Shown piece after piece: positions 52,914 through 62,931 of a DNA stretch of 64,000 bases (its first letter is position 1; each line of letters starts with the position of its first letter). The notes below the pieces were generated by a model. That model searched no databases, was not told the origin of the DNA, and saw only the letters and a program-made list of their open reading frames with translations. A program made the position numbers and the translations under genes. Source of the DNA: Alphaproteobacteria bacterium. GTDB taxonomy: Bacteria; Pseudomonadota; Alphaproteobacteria; SP197. The stretch lies in contig OZ219747.1 of NCBI GenBank assembly GCA_964291265.2, positions 704,001-768,000 of the forward strand, in the 5' to 3' direction.

Positions 52914-53837
52914 ATGAACCAGGATACCCACGTTTCCTCCCATGACGCGGCTCAGGATGACCGCAACGCCAACATCAGGATCTACGTCAATGGCGAGATC
53001 GTACATCGCGACGAGGCCAGGGTCTCGGTCTACGATTCCGGCTTCATGCTGGGCGATGGTGTCTGGGAGGGATTGAGGCTTCATGACGGACGCATCCCGT
53101 TTCTCGCCGAGCATCTCGACCGGCTCTACGAGGGGGCGCTTTTCATAGATCTCGACATCGGCATGAGCCGCGAAGAACTGATCCGGGCCATCCGCGACAC
53201 GCTCGACGCCAACGAGATGGTGACGGACGTGCATATCCGCCTCATGGTCACACGCGGGCGCAAGAAGAAGCCCTTCCAGCACCCGCATCTGTCGGTCTAC
53301 GGCCCGACCATTGTCATCATCGCAGAACACTCGAAGTCCGACGAGAGCCTGATCGAGCGCGGCATCCGGTTGGCCTCGGTTCCGCATCATCGCGGCCTGC
53401 CGCTGACGCAGGACGCCAGGCTGAATTCTCATTCCAAGCTGAACTGCATCATTCCTCTGACCCACGCCGTGCGACAGGGCGCGGACGAGGCGCTGATGCT
53501 CGATCCTTTCGGTTTTGTGAACACCACCAATGCCTGCAACTTCTTCATCGTCCGCAAGGGCGAGGTCTGGACCTCGATCGGCGACTATTGCCTGAACGGA
53601 ATCACGCGGCGGAAGGTGATCGACCTCTGTCGCGCCCATGACATTCCGGTTTACGAGCGCAACTACTCCCTGATCGACGCCTACGGCGCCGACGAAGCCT
53701 TCCTGACAGGCACGTTCGGCGCGCAGGTCCCCGTGTTTGAAATCGATGGCAGAATGATCGGAGACGGCGCTGCCGGGCCTTTCTTCCAGAGAATCCGTGC
53801 GCTCTACAGAAGCGCCATCGCCCGTGACGCGACATGA
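52914..53837 (+). CDS. Class IV (D-amino-acid / branched-chain type) aminotransferase
   Basis: SVYDSGFMLGDGVWEGLR, HLDRL, SHSKLN, LNGITR, ADEAFLTGT. Confidence 0.9.
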   Translation: MNQDTHVSSHDAAQDDRNANIRIYVNGEIVHRDEARVSVYDSGFMLGDGVWEGLRLHDGRIPFLAEHLDRLYEGALFIDLDIGMSREELIRAIRDTLDANEMVTDVHIRLMVTRGRKKKPFQHPHLSVYGPTIVIIAEHSKSDESLIERGIRLASVPHHRGLPLTQDARLNSHSKLNCIIPLTHAVRQGADEALMLDPFGFVNTTNACNFFIVRKGEVWTSIGDYCLNGITRRKVIDLCRAHDIPVYERNYSLIDAYGADEAFLTGTFGAQVPVFEIDGRMIGDGAAGPFFQRIRALYRSAIARDAT

Positions 53838-53865
53838 ACTGACCGGCTGCAGAACCCGGACCGAC

Positions 53866-54920
53866 CTTTCAACCGGACGCTGTCAACTCTGCCCATTCCA
53901 GCATATCGAGTTCGCACGCCATCCAGTCGATTCAGACATCCTGACCCTGGTCACGGGCGTACTCCCTCATCGCCCAGTCGGTCCTGTCATCACCGACAAG
54001 GGGCGCCGCCCGGCCCATGACACGCTCGGGCTCCCGGCACAGCACGGCGCGCCAGTCAGACGACAGGGGATTCTTCCATACGGCGCGCTTGACACCCTGG
54101 ACCCGGGAGGCCGACCCGAGGTCATCTTCTCACAACGCTCCCAGCCCGCCGCCCGGTAGCTCGCGCCACTGTGCTCGGGACCCACATACGTGTAGGCCAG
54201 AACCGGCGTCACGCCGTACTTCTTATGCCAGTCCGCGGCCAGACGCCGGCAGGCACAGCCCAGGGCATGGGAGGCCAACTCCTTCACATCCACCGATGGA
54301 AGAATCAGGAAGCGATCATTGTTGACGATCTCGCCGAGGTGGGCGACACGGGCTCCCTGGGACCAGCCGATGAAGTCGTCGCTCAGCCTTCTGGTGCCAA
54401 CTCGCCGCACCAAACACCAGGCCGCCGAGGCGACCGTGGCGCGACGAGGTGATCCAGTAGCTCACCCGGGCTCCGGGTGCGCACGCCTCGCCTTCGGGAT
54501 GCCAGGTCGCCATCATCGAACGGGCCAGGCGCTTGTCCTCGCCCTCGCCCACAGGCTCCAAGGTGACCTCTCCAAGGTCCTCCAGAGAACAGGCGAGGAG
54601 CTTGTCGGGATAGTCCCGCTCAAGGGTGTCGGCGCCGGTGCCGAAGGCATCAGGCCTTGGTGCAGGAAGGGCGATGTCGAGCGACGCAGCAAGGTCAGGC
54701 AGGGCCGCACGCGCCGAGGCAAGACAGAGCTCGCCCTTCGCGTTGCGCCACTCCTCGCGCTCGCACAATCCCCGCGCCAGAGACGAGCGTGTGCTGCCCT
54801 CGGCAGCCGACGCCGCCTTCAGCCAGTCAACCGTCGTCGCAGACAGATGTCGAAAGCCGATCCTCATGGACCACTATGCAAGGTCTCATGAAACGAGATT
54901 CAACAACGTCAAGAAGAAAG
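53866..54920 (-). mobile_element. Internally deleted, frameshifted IS4-DUF4338 element
   Basis: Ends CTTTCTTCTTGACGTTGT / CTTTCAACCGGACGCTGT; MRIGFRHL.. DUF4338 half (54867-~53970) parallels the 34967 gene; DDE domain missing; no TSD seen. Confidence 0.75.
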
Positions 54921-55070
54921 CGCAGGGAAGGGGGAAGTGTATGCCTTGCGGTTCCGGTTCGAGAACAGTTCGCCCTGAGATCACGGTTCACTGCCAACTT
55001 CCCGGTTGCAGTCATGCCGACCAGCTTTCCGACGATAGGCAGTCAGGCACGACTCTTCCTATTGTCATGA

Positions 55071-56041
55071 TCAAGGTCCTGGTGCCGTGCGCACATTCTG
55101 ACATTTCCAGGCGAGCATCGGCATTGCGGAAATGCGGGCTTGCAGGTCTGAACTTGCATCGAGAAGGTCACTGTTTACTTCGCCGCGTTCCAGGACGCCG
55201 TCGAGGAAATCGCGTTCGGCTTCCGTCAAGTCCAACAAAAACTCACATCGCTCACGACACAGCGCTACCGTCTTCTCGACCCATGCATCGACAGCCGCCT
55301 TGCCGCCGAAATACTCGCGCGGCAGACATATCATCAATTTCTGGCGAAGCTCGCGTGGATCGCCCCTAATCGCATCAATCGAAACCGTTCGCCAATCACG
55401 GCGTGCGCAGGCACCGAACGCGAGAAATGCGGCTTTGATGCCCTTCCAGTCAAGCCCGCCAAGCGACAGGATGCGGCGCGCATCAAAGAGATCGCGCGCG
55501 GCGTGACGATCAAAAAGAGCAACGAGCTTGCCGGCGACAACCTCCTCAAGATTGAGTACCAGCACGTCCTTCGCACGCATGTCCCCGAGCGGGACCACGA
55601 CACACGGGCGGCGCCAAACAAGGGCTGACGCGCCATGTAGTTCACATCGAGTTCCAATGTCGTATTGCCGCCGAGCGCCGCGGCGAAGCGCATGACCCAC
55701 TTGCCGCCGGCATGCTCATCCGGCTTTCGGCGAATATCGTATCCTTGGTAGGCAAGGAGCCGGTTGAGTGCGGCCTCGACATCCTGCCGCTCAGTCTCCA
55801 TGGCCGCACGGTCGAGCGCACCGACATAGTTGAGGTCGATGTCGACCGACAGACGATCGAGGCCGAGATGAAAGACATTGAGCGCCGTGCCGCCCTTGAG
55901 CACGAGCCGCTCATTCAGAACTCGATCGCCAGTGATTTCCTGAAGAATGTCGAGGAGGCGCATCACCTTTTCGAGGGAGCTTGCCTGATAGCCAGTCTCA
56001 CCGGCAATGCGCTGTAGGGTCTGGATCGACAGCGCTGCCAT
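55071..56041 (-). pseudogene. AbiEii/AbiGii-family nucleotidyltransferase toxin, frameshifted near 55600
   Basis: LKGGTALN..RLSVDIDL in one frame; E..AGKLVAL..R...RDLFD in another. Confidence 0.85.
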
Positions 56042-56078
56042 TGTAAGCGTTCGGTCGCGCAGTGATTGTTGGTGATAT

Positions 56079-56422
56079 TCACCGGTTGAGGATGAGTTTC
56101 CAGTCTTTGCGGAGAGGCCTCAGCCAGATGTCCTTTTTTTGGTTTGTCGAGTTTCCTGTGCGTATCGTAGCGTCCGCGCCCCTTGGTGGTGCCGACATGG
56201 ATCCAACCCGACGCCTTGTAGACGGCGCCTGTGTAGCGCGGTGCATGGCCAGAAAGGCGACACTCGCCATCATGTTCTTGAGGCCCCGTCGGGCTTGTAT
56301 CAGCCGGTCTCGCGGCAGAAGGCGCGGGCGATGGCCGCACGGGTGGGGTGCTGGGTGATCAGGGAGCGCAGCTCCATCTCGTGCGCGGTGAAGTCACGGC
56401 CGTCGTAACGGCACTCGATCAC
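56079..56422 (-). pseudogene. Internally deleted stand-alone DUF4338 passenger of the outer IS66
   Basis: CRYDGRDFT..TRAAIARAFC joined to YTGAVYKASGWIHVGTTKGRGR..KDIWLRPLRKDW; GTG overlaps the transposase stop. Confidence 0.75.
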
Positions 56423-56502
56423 CCCGGTTCCATGAGGTCCCTTCGACGCTCCGGGGTCATCGACCATGGCAGCCACGGGTCGAGGTCATCCGGCGGCTTG
56501 CC

Positions 56503-58931
56503 CTACCTATTAGTCACAAATCGTGCAGGGCGCGGTCATGTCCTTCCGACGTCGGATCCAGATCGAGGGCCTCGAGCAGGCATTCATAGGCCAGGGCAGC
56601 GGTGGCCAGTCGCGGATAGCCATGCCACATCGTCTGGTTGCCCGGCGCCGGATCATGCTTGCGGTCCAGATACCCGCCGAGGATCGCCACCAGCTTCACC
56701 GCCGCCCCCAGCGTGTCGGGCGGGTCCAGCCGGTATCGCCGGGCATAGTCGCCGAGGAAGCGGAGTTCCAGGTCCGAGAACAGGCAGTCGGGCTTCATCG
56801 TCGGCACATCCCGCCCGAGCAGGGTCATCAGGGCAAGACGCCAGGCGATCACGGCGTGGATGGTGATCTGCCGTTCCAGGCGGCAGGCCTTGCGCGTCGC
56901 CAGGTGCTCCACCCGGCAGCCGGACTTCAGCACCCGGAACCAGCATTCGATCCGCCAGCGCAGCGCGTACCAGCCGACGATCTCCTGGGCCGCTTCGGCG
57001 TGGTCCACAGGAAGGTCGGTCAACAGGAACCATTCCACCGGAGCTTCCCCGGCCGGCGGGGCCGTCTCGAGGAGATGCAGCGCGGTCACGGCCACGGGCG
57101 CGGCATCGGGGCAGCCAGCGGTCGCCGGCAGCGTGGTCGACAACCAGCGCAACTCCAGCACCGCGTTCCGCCGGGCAGTGCGGCCGGGCTGCTTCTTGCG
57201 CCCCGAGGACTTCGGCCGGGCCGTCAGGCGGGGTATGTCGATCTGCATGGTGCCGCGGCAGGCAGACGTACGTAGTCGGGTGAACAGCTTCGCAGCCCCG
57301 CGCTTGAGAACCCGGTCATGTCGAGCCCGCACCAGCATCGACAGACGGCGATGCTGCCGGCACCGGTCGAACAGTTCGAAGAAGTCCGCTTCCCGGTCCA
57401 TCACGCACACGACCTTCACCCCGGTCGTCCGGGCCGCGAGGTCCGCGATGTCGTCGAGACCGTCGAGCCAGCGCTGCGACGTGCGCCGGGACATCTCGAC
57501 ATCCTCGCCCGAACCGGTCTTTGCCCGGGGGCGGGGAGGAGCGTCGAAGGCAAGACGCGCCACCCCCAGCGGCAGGCCTTCGCCGCTGACAACGTAGCTG
57601 GCGTGCAGGTGCAGGCCCAGGGTCTGCGAGGCCGTCTGGTTCGTGCCGATGATGCCCAGACCGTCGCAGCCCGGACGGGTCGCGAAGTTCAGGTCCGTCC
57701 CGTCCTGAATGCACAACGCCACCCGCTGGCCGCACATCCGCTGCACCGTTCGTTGACGGTGCGGCGCCAGGATGTTCGCCGGGGTCACCGCCGACGTCTC
57801 CGGCTGATCCAGGAACCGATAATAGGCCCGGACACCGGCAGGATCCGGGCGCGCCAGACCGCTGTAGGACGACATCGGACTCTCTCCCTGTCTTCGTGCA
57901 ATCTCCACCAGGCGCGCACTCAGACGCCGGTCGCCGATCGGCGCTCCCCCGAACTCGTGGTGCGCCCACGCCGAGGCGTCCAGACCCTCCCCCGGGGACA
58001 GGGCCGGCATCGGCTCCGCCACCCCCAGCTTGTGCCGCCAGTCCCGGTCCAGAACGTACATGTACACGGCCTTGACGCTCTCGGCCATCTCGCGCGCGCG
58101 GTCCTGACGGCCTCGGCCCCGGGTGAACCCCACGAGCTGCCAGTTCGCCGCCCGCAGGCTCGCACCGTCGCGCGTCGGGTCGACATAGGTCTCGACCAGC
58201 CATGGCAGGAACCCGTAGCGCTGCGCAACATCGGCGCCCAGGCGAGACAGGCACATCGACAGCGTCTTCGACGCAAGGTTCGCAACCGGCACCCGGATCA
58301 GAAACCGGCTCATCGACAGCACCCGGTGTCGCTCCGCACGACGCCGGTCGGCATCCCAGCCGATCCAGGCATCCCGATCCGCCACCTTCAGCGCCGCTGC
58401 GGCAAAGCCGAAACCGCCGAGACAGCCGTGAGCGGAATCCACCAGATAGCGCAGCTGATGACCGGCCAGAATGGGAGCGCCGAGAAAGTGCTCCCGCGCC
58501 ATCAGTTCGTTCCAGAGCGCCCGTTCGGCATCCGTGCGCACCAGCAGGATCCGCAGACCCTGGATCGCCGCCACGCTCGCCGGCACATCACGCGGCTTCT
58601 CCACCGCCTCGCCGAGCCGGCGGGGCGTTGCCCGACGCCGCTGACCGGAGGGCTCCGGCAAGCCCTCGATCCTGCCCTGCGATGCCAGCTGCTTCAGGGC
58701 CACGACACAGCTCGATACCCGCTCGCGTCCCCGTGCGTCCCGCAGGCCGAAGTGCCGGCACACTTCCAGCGCCAGGCGGTTTTGACTACTATCGCCGCTC
58801 TCGGTGACGATCGACTGCAGGCGATCGAGCTGGTCCTCAAGGACGCGTTTGATCGGAATGTGTGCTTCCATGCAGGGCAGGGTGCACCATCCGAATCATC
58901 TTGTCCAGCACGATTTATGACTAAAGGGCAG
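56503..58931 (-). mobile_element. IS4-family element with DUF4338-fused transposase (2429 bp)
   Basis: 24-bp IRs CTACCTATTAGTCACAAATCGTGC / CTGCCCTTTAGTCATAAATCGTGC; 8-bp TSD GGCTTGCC at 56495-56502 and 58932-58939. Confidence 0.92.
56514..58871 (-). CDS. DUF4338 domain fused to IS4-type DDE transposase
   Basis: RDAWIGW..SRFLI..NLASK..LVETYV..RAANW..G.TRGRGR; IQDGT, VMDREAD, YALRWRIE.WFRVLKSG. Confidence 0.92.
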   Translation of the reverse strand: MEAHIPIKRVLEDQLDRLQSIVTESGDSSQNRLALEVCRHFGLRDARGRERVSSCVVALKQLASQGRIEGLPEPSGQRRRATPRRLGEAVEKPRDVPASVAAIQGLRILLVRTDAERALWNELMAREHFLGAPILAGHQLRYLVDSAHGCLGGFGFAAAALKVADRDAWIGWDADRRRAERHRVLSMSRFLIRVPVANLASKTLSMCLSRLGADVAQRYGFLPWLVETYVDPTRDGASLRAANWQLVGFTRGRGRQDRAREMAESVKAVYMYVLDRDWRHKLGVAEPMPALSPGEGLDASAWAHHEFGGAPIGDRRLSARLVEIARRQGESPMSSYSGLARPDPAGVRAYYRFLDQPETSAVTPANILAPHRQRTVQRMCGQRVALCIQDGTDLNFATRPGCDGLGIIGTNQTASQTLGLHLHASYVVSGEGLPLGVARLAFDAPPRPRAKTGSGEDVEMSRRTSQRWLDGLDDIADLAARTTGVKVVCVMDREADFFELFDRCRQHRRLSMLVRARHDRVLKRGAAKLFTRLRTSACRGTMQIDIPRLTARPKSSGRKKQPGRTARRNAVLELRWLSTTLPATAGCPDAAPVAVTALHLLETAPPAGEAPVEWFLLTDLPVDHAEAAQEIVGWYALRWRIECWFRVLKSGCRVEHLATRKACRLERQITIHAVIAWRLALMTLLGRDVPTMKPDCLFSDLELRFLGDYARRYRLDPPDTLGAAVKLVAILGGYLDRKHDPAPGNQTMWHGYPRLATAALAYECLLEALDLDPTSEGHDRALHDL

Positions 58932-59549
58932 GGCTTGCCGCCGTTCTGCGCGCAGGCCTCAAGCCACTCATGAAGCCAGCGCCGAACATTGATGTTGTTC
59001 ATGGCAAGGGTGCCGATGACCGAGTACATGATGGCGGTGAAGGCGGCGCCTTCCTCGCTGTCGGAGCCGAAGCTCAGCTTTCTCGCGGTCACCGCACCCC
59101 GGAGGGTTCTCTCGGCAAAGTTGTTGTCCATGGGCACCTGGGGGTGGTCGACAAAGACGCACAGTCCCTCGCGGTGACGGATCAGGGAACGCAAGGGCTT
59201 CGCTTCGCGTGCACCCTCGGGCAAGGCGTCGAGTTCCTCCTGAGCCTGCCTGAACAGCGCCTCGACAGCCGCACGAAGGTCCTTCTGCAGGGCATTGAAC
59301 CTCGCTGACTGACGCTTGCGTGCGGGATCGTAGTGCTTCAGCCGTTGCCCATTCAGTGTGTAGATCAGCGCGATCCTGTCGAGCCACCTGTCGCACCACT
59401 CTTCCAGCCCCTCTTGGCCTGCCGCAGCCTCGATCACATCGCGCCTGGAGTGCGCCCAGCAAAGGCAGAGGATCACCTTGCCATCAAGCTCGCGCTCCAG
59501 TTTCCTGTAGACCACGTAGCGGTCGCAAACAAGGAAGACGAGTAACTAC

Positions 59550-61028
59550 TCACCCCTTGTTAGGGTCTGGTTGTCCGTAGTGCTGGTTGAGGATGTCTAC
59601 GGCCTTTCCGTCGAGGGCGATGTGGATGGCGACGTGAGGGTTGTAGCCGAGTGCGTCCATGGTGGTGAGGTAGCTTGAGCCGCGGCACCATGCCTTGGCG
59701 TGGGGCATGGTGCGGAAACATCCGGACACCTTGATCTTGACCTTTGTCATCCTGATCTTCTGCTCTCCGGTATTATTTGTGAAACTGACATTGGGGTCCT
59801 TCATGAAGCGCAGGACGGACTTCTCGTGTTTCACGAGACGTTCATGCAGGTTGTGCGCGTCGGACTTTGCGATGCGTCCACGTTTTCCTTTCGTCCGTGG
59901 CGGGATGTCGGGCAGTTCCTTGGCGCCCTGGGTGAGGATGGTGCGGTAGCGCTTGCGCACGGCCCGGCGGTCGGCCTCGTTCAAGGTCTTGGATGCGCTC
60001 TTGTTGACCCTGCGGGAGACCTCGCGCAGTAGGCTTTTCATCAGTCGCGCCCAGCGGTAGCCGTTGGACTCGACGACGAAGGTCAGTTCGCGCAGGAGAT
60101 GGCTGCCGCACAGTTGGTGGCGGCATTGATCGTAGCCCATGTAGGCCGCCCAGCAGTCGTGGATCAGGACGCCCTTGTAGCGCGGGATGATGCCGATCTC
60201 TTCGATCGCCTCCCGGCCGCGCTTGGGGTGCGGGAACTTGCACGTCAGGGTGCCGTCGGTGACGACATGGAGCCATTGGGTCTTGCCGGCGACCCGGAAG
60301 CCGGTCTCGTCGACATGCAGGGCCGGTTGTTGCAGGAGATGGGCCACGGCGGCCTCCTCCCATGATGCGAGGGCATCGTGAAAGCGCCGGACATAGCCGA
60401 GGCAGGTCGCCTCGGAGAGCTTGATGCCGGAGATCGCGTGCACGAGCGAGACGGCACGACGCAGGGACAGCATCTGGGCGATCAGCAGGTTGATGACGAG
60501 GGCCTGGATGCTGACGCCGTACTGCAGGGGGCCCGGCATGTTGTCTGGGAACCGGCCCTTGGTCCGGGCCCGGCACTTCGGACATTCCTTGATCTCGGCT
60601 TCGACGCGGCGCTCGACGACTTCGAATACGATGTCGTAGAGGACGCGGCACTCCCGGTCGACGGGGTCGACGTCGTGGAGGTCGGCGCCGCAGGCGTCGC
60701 AGGCATCGACGACGATCGTCTCCTCGACGGTGGTCGTGCGCAGGTTGTCGCCCGTCTGCTGGTTCGGCTTCGGGCCCTTGCCGTGGCTCCCGGTGCGCCT
60801 CGCGCTCTCGTCCTTGTCAGTCTGCGATGGCGGCAGACCGGAGTTCCGGCTTGTCTTGCGTGTGATCTTCTCCATGAGCACGGTCAGCAACAGCTTTATC
60901 AGCATCAGCATGCCGCGGAAGAGCTCCTCGCACTCCTGGTTGACCTTGCCCTGCTTGCGGAGATCCTGGAACTGCTTCTGGAAGACGTCGGCCTCCTGGC
61001 GCACAGACGTGCCGTTCACGCTCGCCAT
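59550..61028 (-). CDS. IS66-family transposase (no tnpA/tnpB accessory genes)
   Basis: SRNSGLPPS, CDACG..CPKC, HVDETG, IHDCW, HQLCGSHLLREL, FTNN.GE..IR..K.K.KVSGCFR. Confidence 0.93.
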   Translation of the reverse strand: MASVNGTSVRQEADVFQKQFQDLRKQGKVNQECEELFRGMLMLIKLLLTVLMEKITRKTSRNSGLPPSQTDKDESARRTGSHGKGPKPNQQTGDNLRTTTVEETIVVDACDACGADLHDVDPVDRECRVLYDIVFEVVERRVEAEIKECPKCRARTKGRFPDNMPGPLQYGVSIQALVINLLIAQMLSLRRAVSLVHAISGIKLSEATCLGYVRRFHDALASWEEAAVAHLLQQPALHVDETGFRVAGKTQWLHVVTDGTLTCKFPHPKRGREAIEEIGIIPRYKGVLIHDCWAAYMGYDQCRHQLCGSHLLRELTFVVESNGYRWARLMKSLLREVSRRVNKSASKTLNEADRRAVRKRYRTILTQGAKELPDIPPRTKGKRGRIAKSDAHNLHERLVKHEKSVLRFMKDPNVSFTNNTGEQKIRMTKVKIKVSGCFRTMPHAKAWCRGSSYLTTMDALGYNPHVAIHIALDGKAVDILNQHYGQPDPNKG

Positions 61029-61690
61029 GACGACGCCTCCACCGCCATGACTGCCGCCAGCACGGCGAGCCGCTCGCCTTCGGGCATCGTCCGGTAGCGC
61101 CGCGCCCAGCTCTCTGCGAGGCGCTTGATGCGCTGGCGGTCGATCGAGTTCCTGCCCGCACACGTATGCCAGTGCGGCCGGCCCGGTGCGAAGTTGAACC
61201 ACAGCTTCTCGGTGACAACGCAGGCCTGGTTGTTGACCTGGATCTCGGCCGAGCGCCAGCCGGCGAGGTGCGTGTCGTAGAGCCGCGAGGGATAGCCGGA
61301 GATCATCACCTGGCAGGGCAGCGACGTCAGGATGTCAAGGAGCGCAACATGGTCGTCGTCCGTGCAGTCGAAGCGGTAGCGGCGCTGCGACCGGCGCGTC
61401 GACTGCACGTAAGGCGGGTCGCAGTAGACCAGCTCGCGGCCCTGGAAGGCGAAGGTCTCGAGAAAACGCAGGGCGCAGCCTTGGTGAAGCTCCACCGGAT
61501 AGTCACAGCGGAAGGTGTCGATCGCCCGTCGGTTGAGGTCGATGCCGATGCTGCGTAGCGCCGGAGGCTTGCGCTTCATGATCGCGCCGCCCCCAAGGAA
61601 CGCCTCGATGTACACGTCATGCGGCGGCATGGCCGCGACGATCGCCTGGCTCAGACCCGTCGTCGCCTTCGATCCGTACCATGCCGCCAT
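61016..61690 (-). CDS. Short D12/Dam-class N6-adenine DNA methyltransferase
   Basis: YGSK, YIEAFLGGGA (motif I), VYCDPPY (motif IV), MISGY, TEKLW.N; GGAG RBS. Confidence 0.9.
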   Translation of the reverse strand: MAAWYGSKATTGLSQAIVAAMPPHDVYIEAFLGGGAIMKRKPPALRSIGIDLNRRAIDTFRCDYPVELHQGCALRFLETFAFQGRELVYCDPPYVQSTRRSQRRYRFDCTDDDHVALLDILTSLPCQVMISGYPSRLYDTHLAGWRSAEIQVNNQACVVTEKLWFNFAPGRPHWHTCAGRNSIDRQRIKRLAESWARRYRTMPEGERLAVLAAVMAVEASSWRA

Positions 61691-61724
61691 CAATATCTCC
61701 GACGCAAACCGCCCCGATGGCCAG

Positions 61725-61753
61725 CATGTAGAGTGCCCCTCCTACAATGTCAA
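61725..61753 (-). promoter_or_regulatory. Putative promoter for methyltransferase-transposase
   Basis: TTGACA-17 bp-TACATG on the minus strand. Confidence 0.45.
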
Positions 61754-62931
61754 GCGCATATCTCCAGAGGATTGGAAAGGCAGCCAACCGCTGTGGATGA
61801 TTGCATCATCACGGGGACAAAACCTGGTCATACAAGGCCGGAACGTGGAGCTGAAGCCGAAGATCGATCCGCTTCTTGTCAGTCGGAACACGCACATCCG
61901 ATCATCGGCAGCGAGCAAGTGAAGGCGGCAAGAGAAAATGCCGGATCCGAACCCGTCAGGAAAAACGATCCGTCATCAGTAGGGGGTGAGTAGTTACGAA
62001 GACGACACCTTTGGTGGAGGCGAACAGCACCATGGCCACCCGGGTGCTGCGTGACGGGTCGATGAGGAAGAAGACGGAGTCGGCGCTGACCGCGGTCCAC
62101 AGCCAGGCCTTCTGCGAGCGCCCCGAGGCCTTGAGGGACTGGATGCGCCAGCTGGTCTCGTCGCCGTGGCGCACCGTCAGCCGGTTCTGATGATCGAGGA
62201 TGGCCTGAGCGAGAGGCGCGAACATCGGCGTCATCTTCTTCATGCCGCCAGCGATCGTTCCCGGCGCCATCGGCAGTCCCTGGTCTTCCAGCCATCGCGA
62301 GACCCGGCGCAGGGGACGCAAGCAGGCGAAGCGCTCATAGAGCACGCATGCCCAGACACTGATGCCGAAGGGGGTATTCGCAAGCAAGCGCAAAGGTGGC
62401 GGCGCGATGATCTCCGCAGGCGCCGACGAACACTGACAACCACGGCGCCAACGCCCACGTTCAATCCGCCGGATATGAGCCTTGACATGGACCTCCATGA
62501 TCGAGGTCTCGTGGCTGCCGTTGGCCACATAGGGCTCGCCGCAACACGGGCACGTGCGCTGCGATGCCGGTGGATCATGGCGTTCGTGCTTCTCCTTGAG
62601 CTTCGGACGCGGAGTGCGCCCGTGGCCGCTCTTGCCGGGTTGCTGACCCCGCTTGTTCCCGGTGCCTTCCTTCTTCTTCCGTTTCTCGCTCTTCGACCCG
62701 AAGCGCGCCGTCGCGTGCTTGGCACGCGTCCCGCGGAGATTCCTCAGCTCGCTCGCCTGTTCAGCGTTCTTGAGCTTCAGAGCGTCCCTTTCCTGCTCCA
62801 GCGCCTCCGCTCGGACCTGTCCACGCTTCACCTCCCGGCGAGCCTCCTTGAGCTGATCACGAGTGCGGTCGAGATGAAACTTGAATGTGCCCGCACGGGC
62901 ACGGGCAGAATTCTTCGCACGGCGCAGGTCA

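Larger units (their letters stand above)
59542..61997 (-). mobile_element. Inner IS66-family element carrying a DNA adenine methyltransferase (2456 bp)
   Basis: 15-bp perfect IRs GTAACTACTCACCCC; 8-bp TSD GAAGACGA at 59534-59541 and 61998-62005. Confidence 0.93.

Noticed and set aside
34967-58871. Druantia anti-phage system
   Set aside because: Only DUF4338 domains inside IS elements; no DruE helicase or other dru genes recognisable
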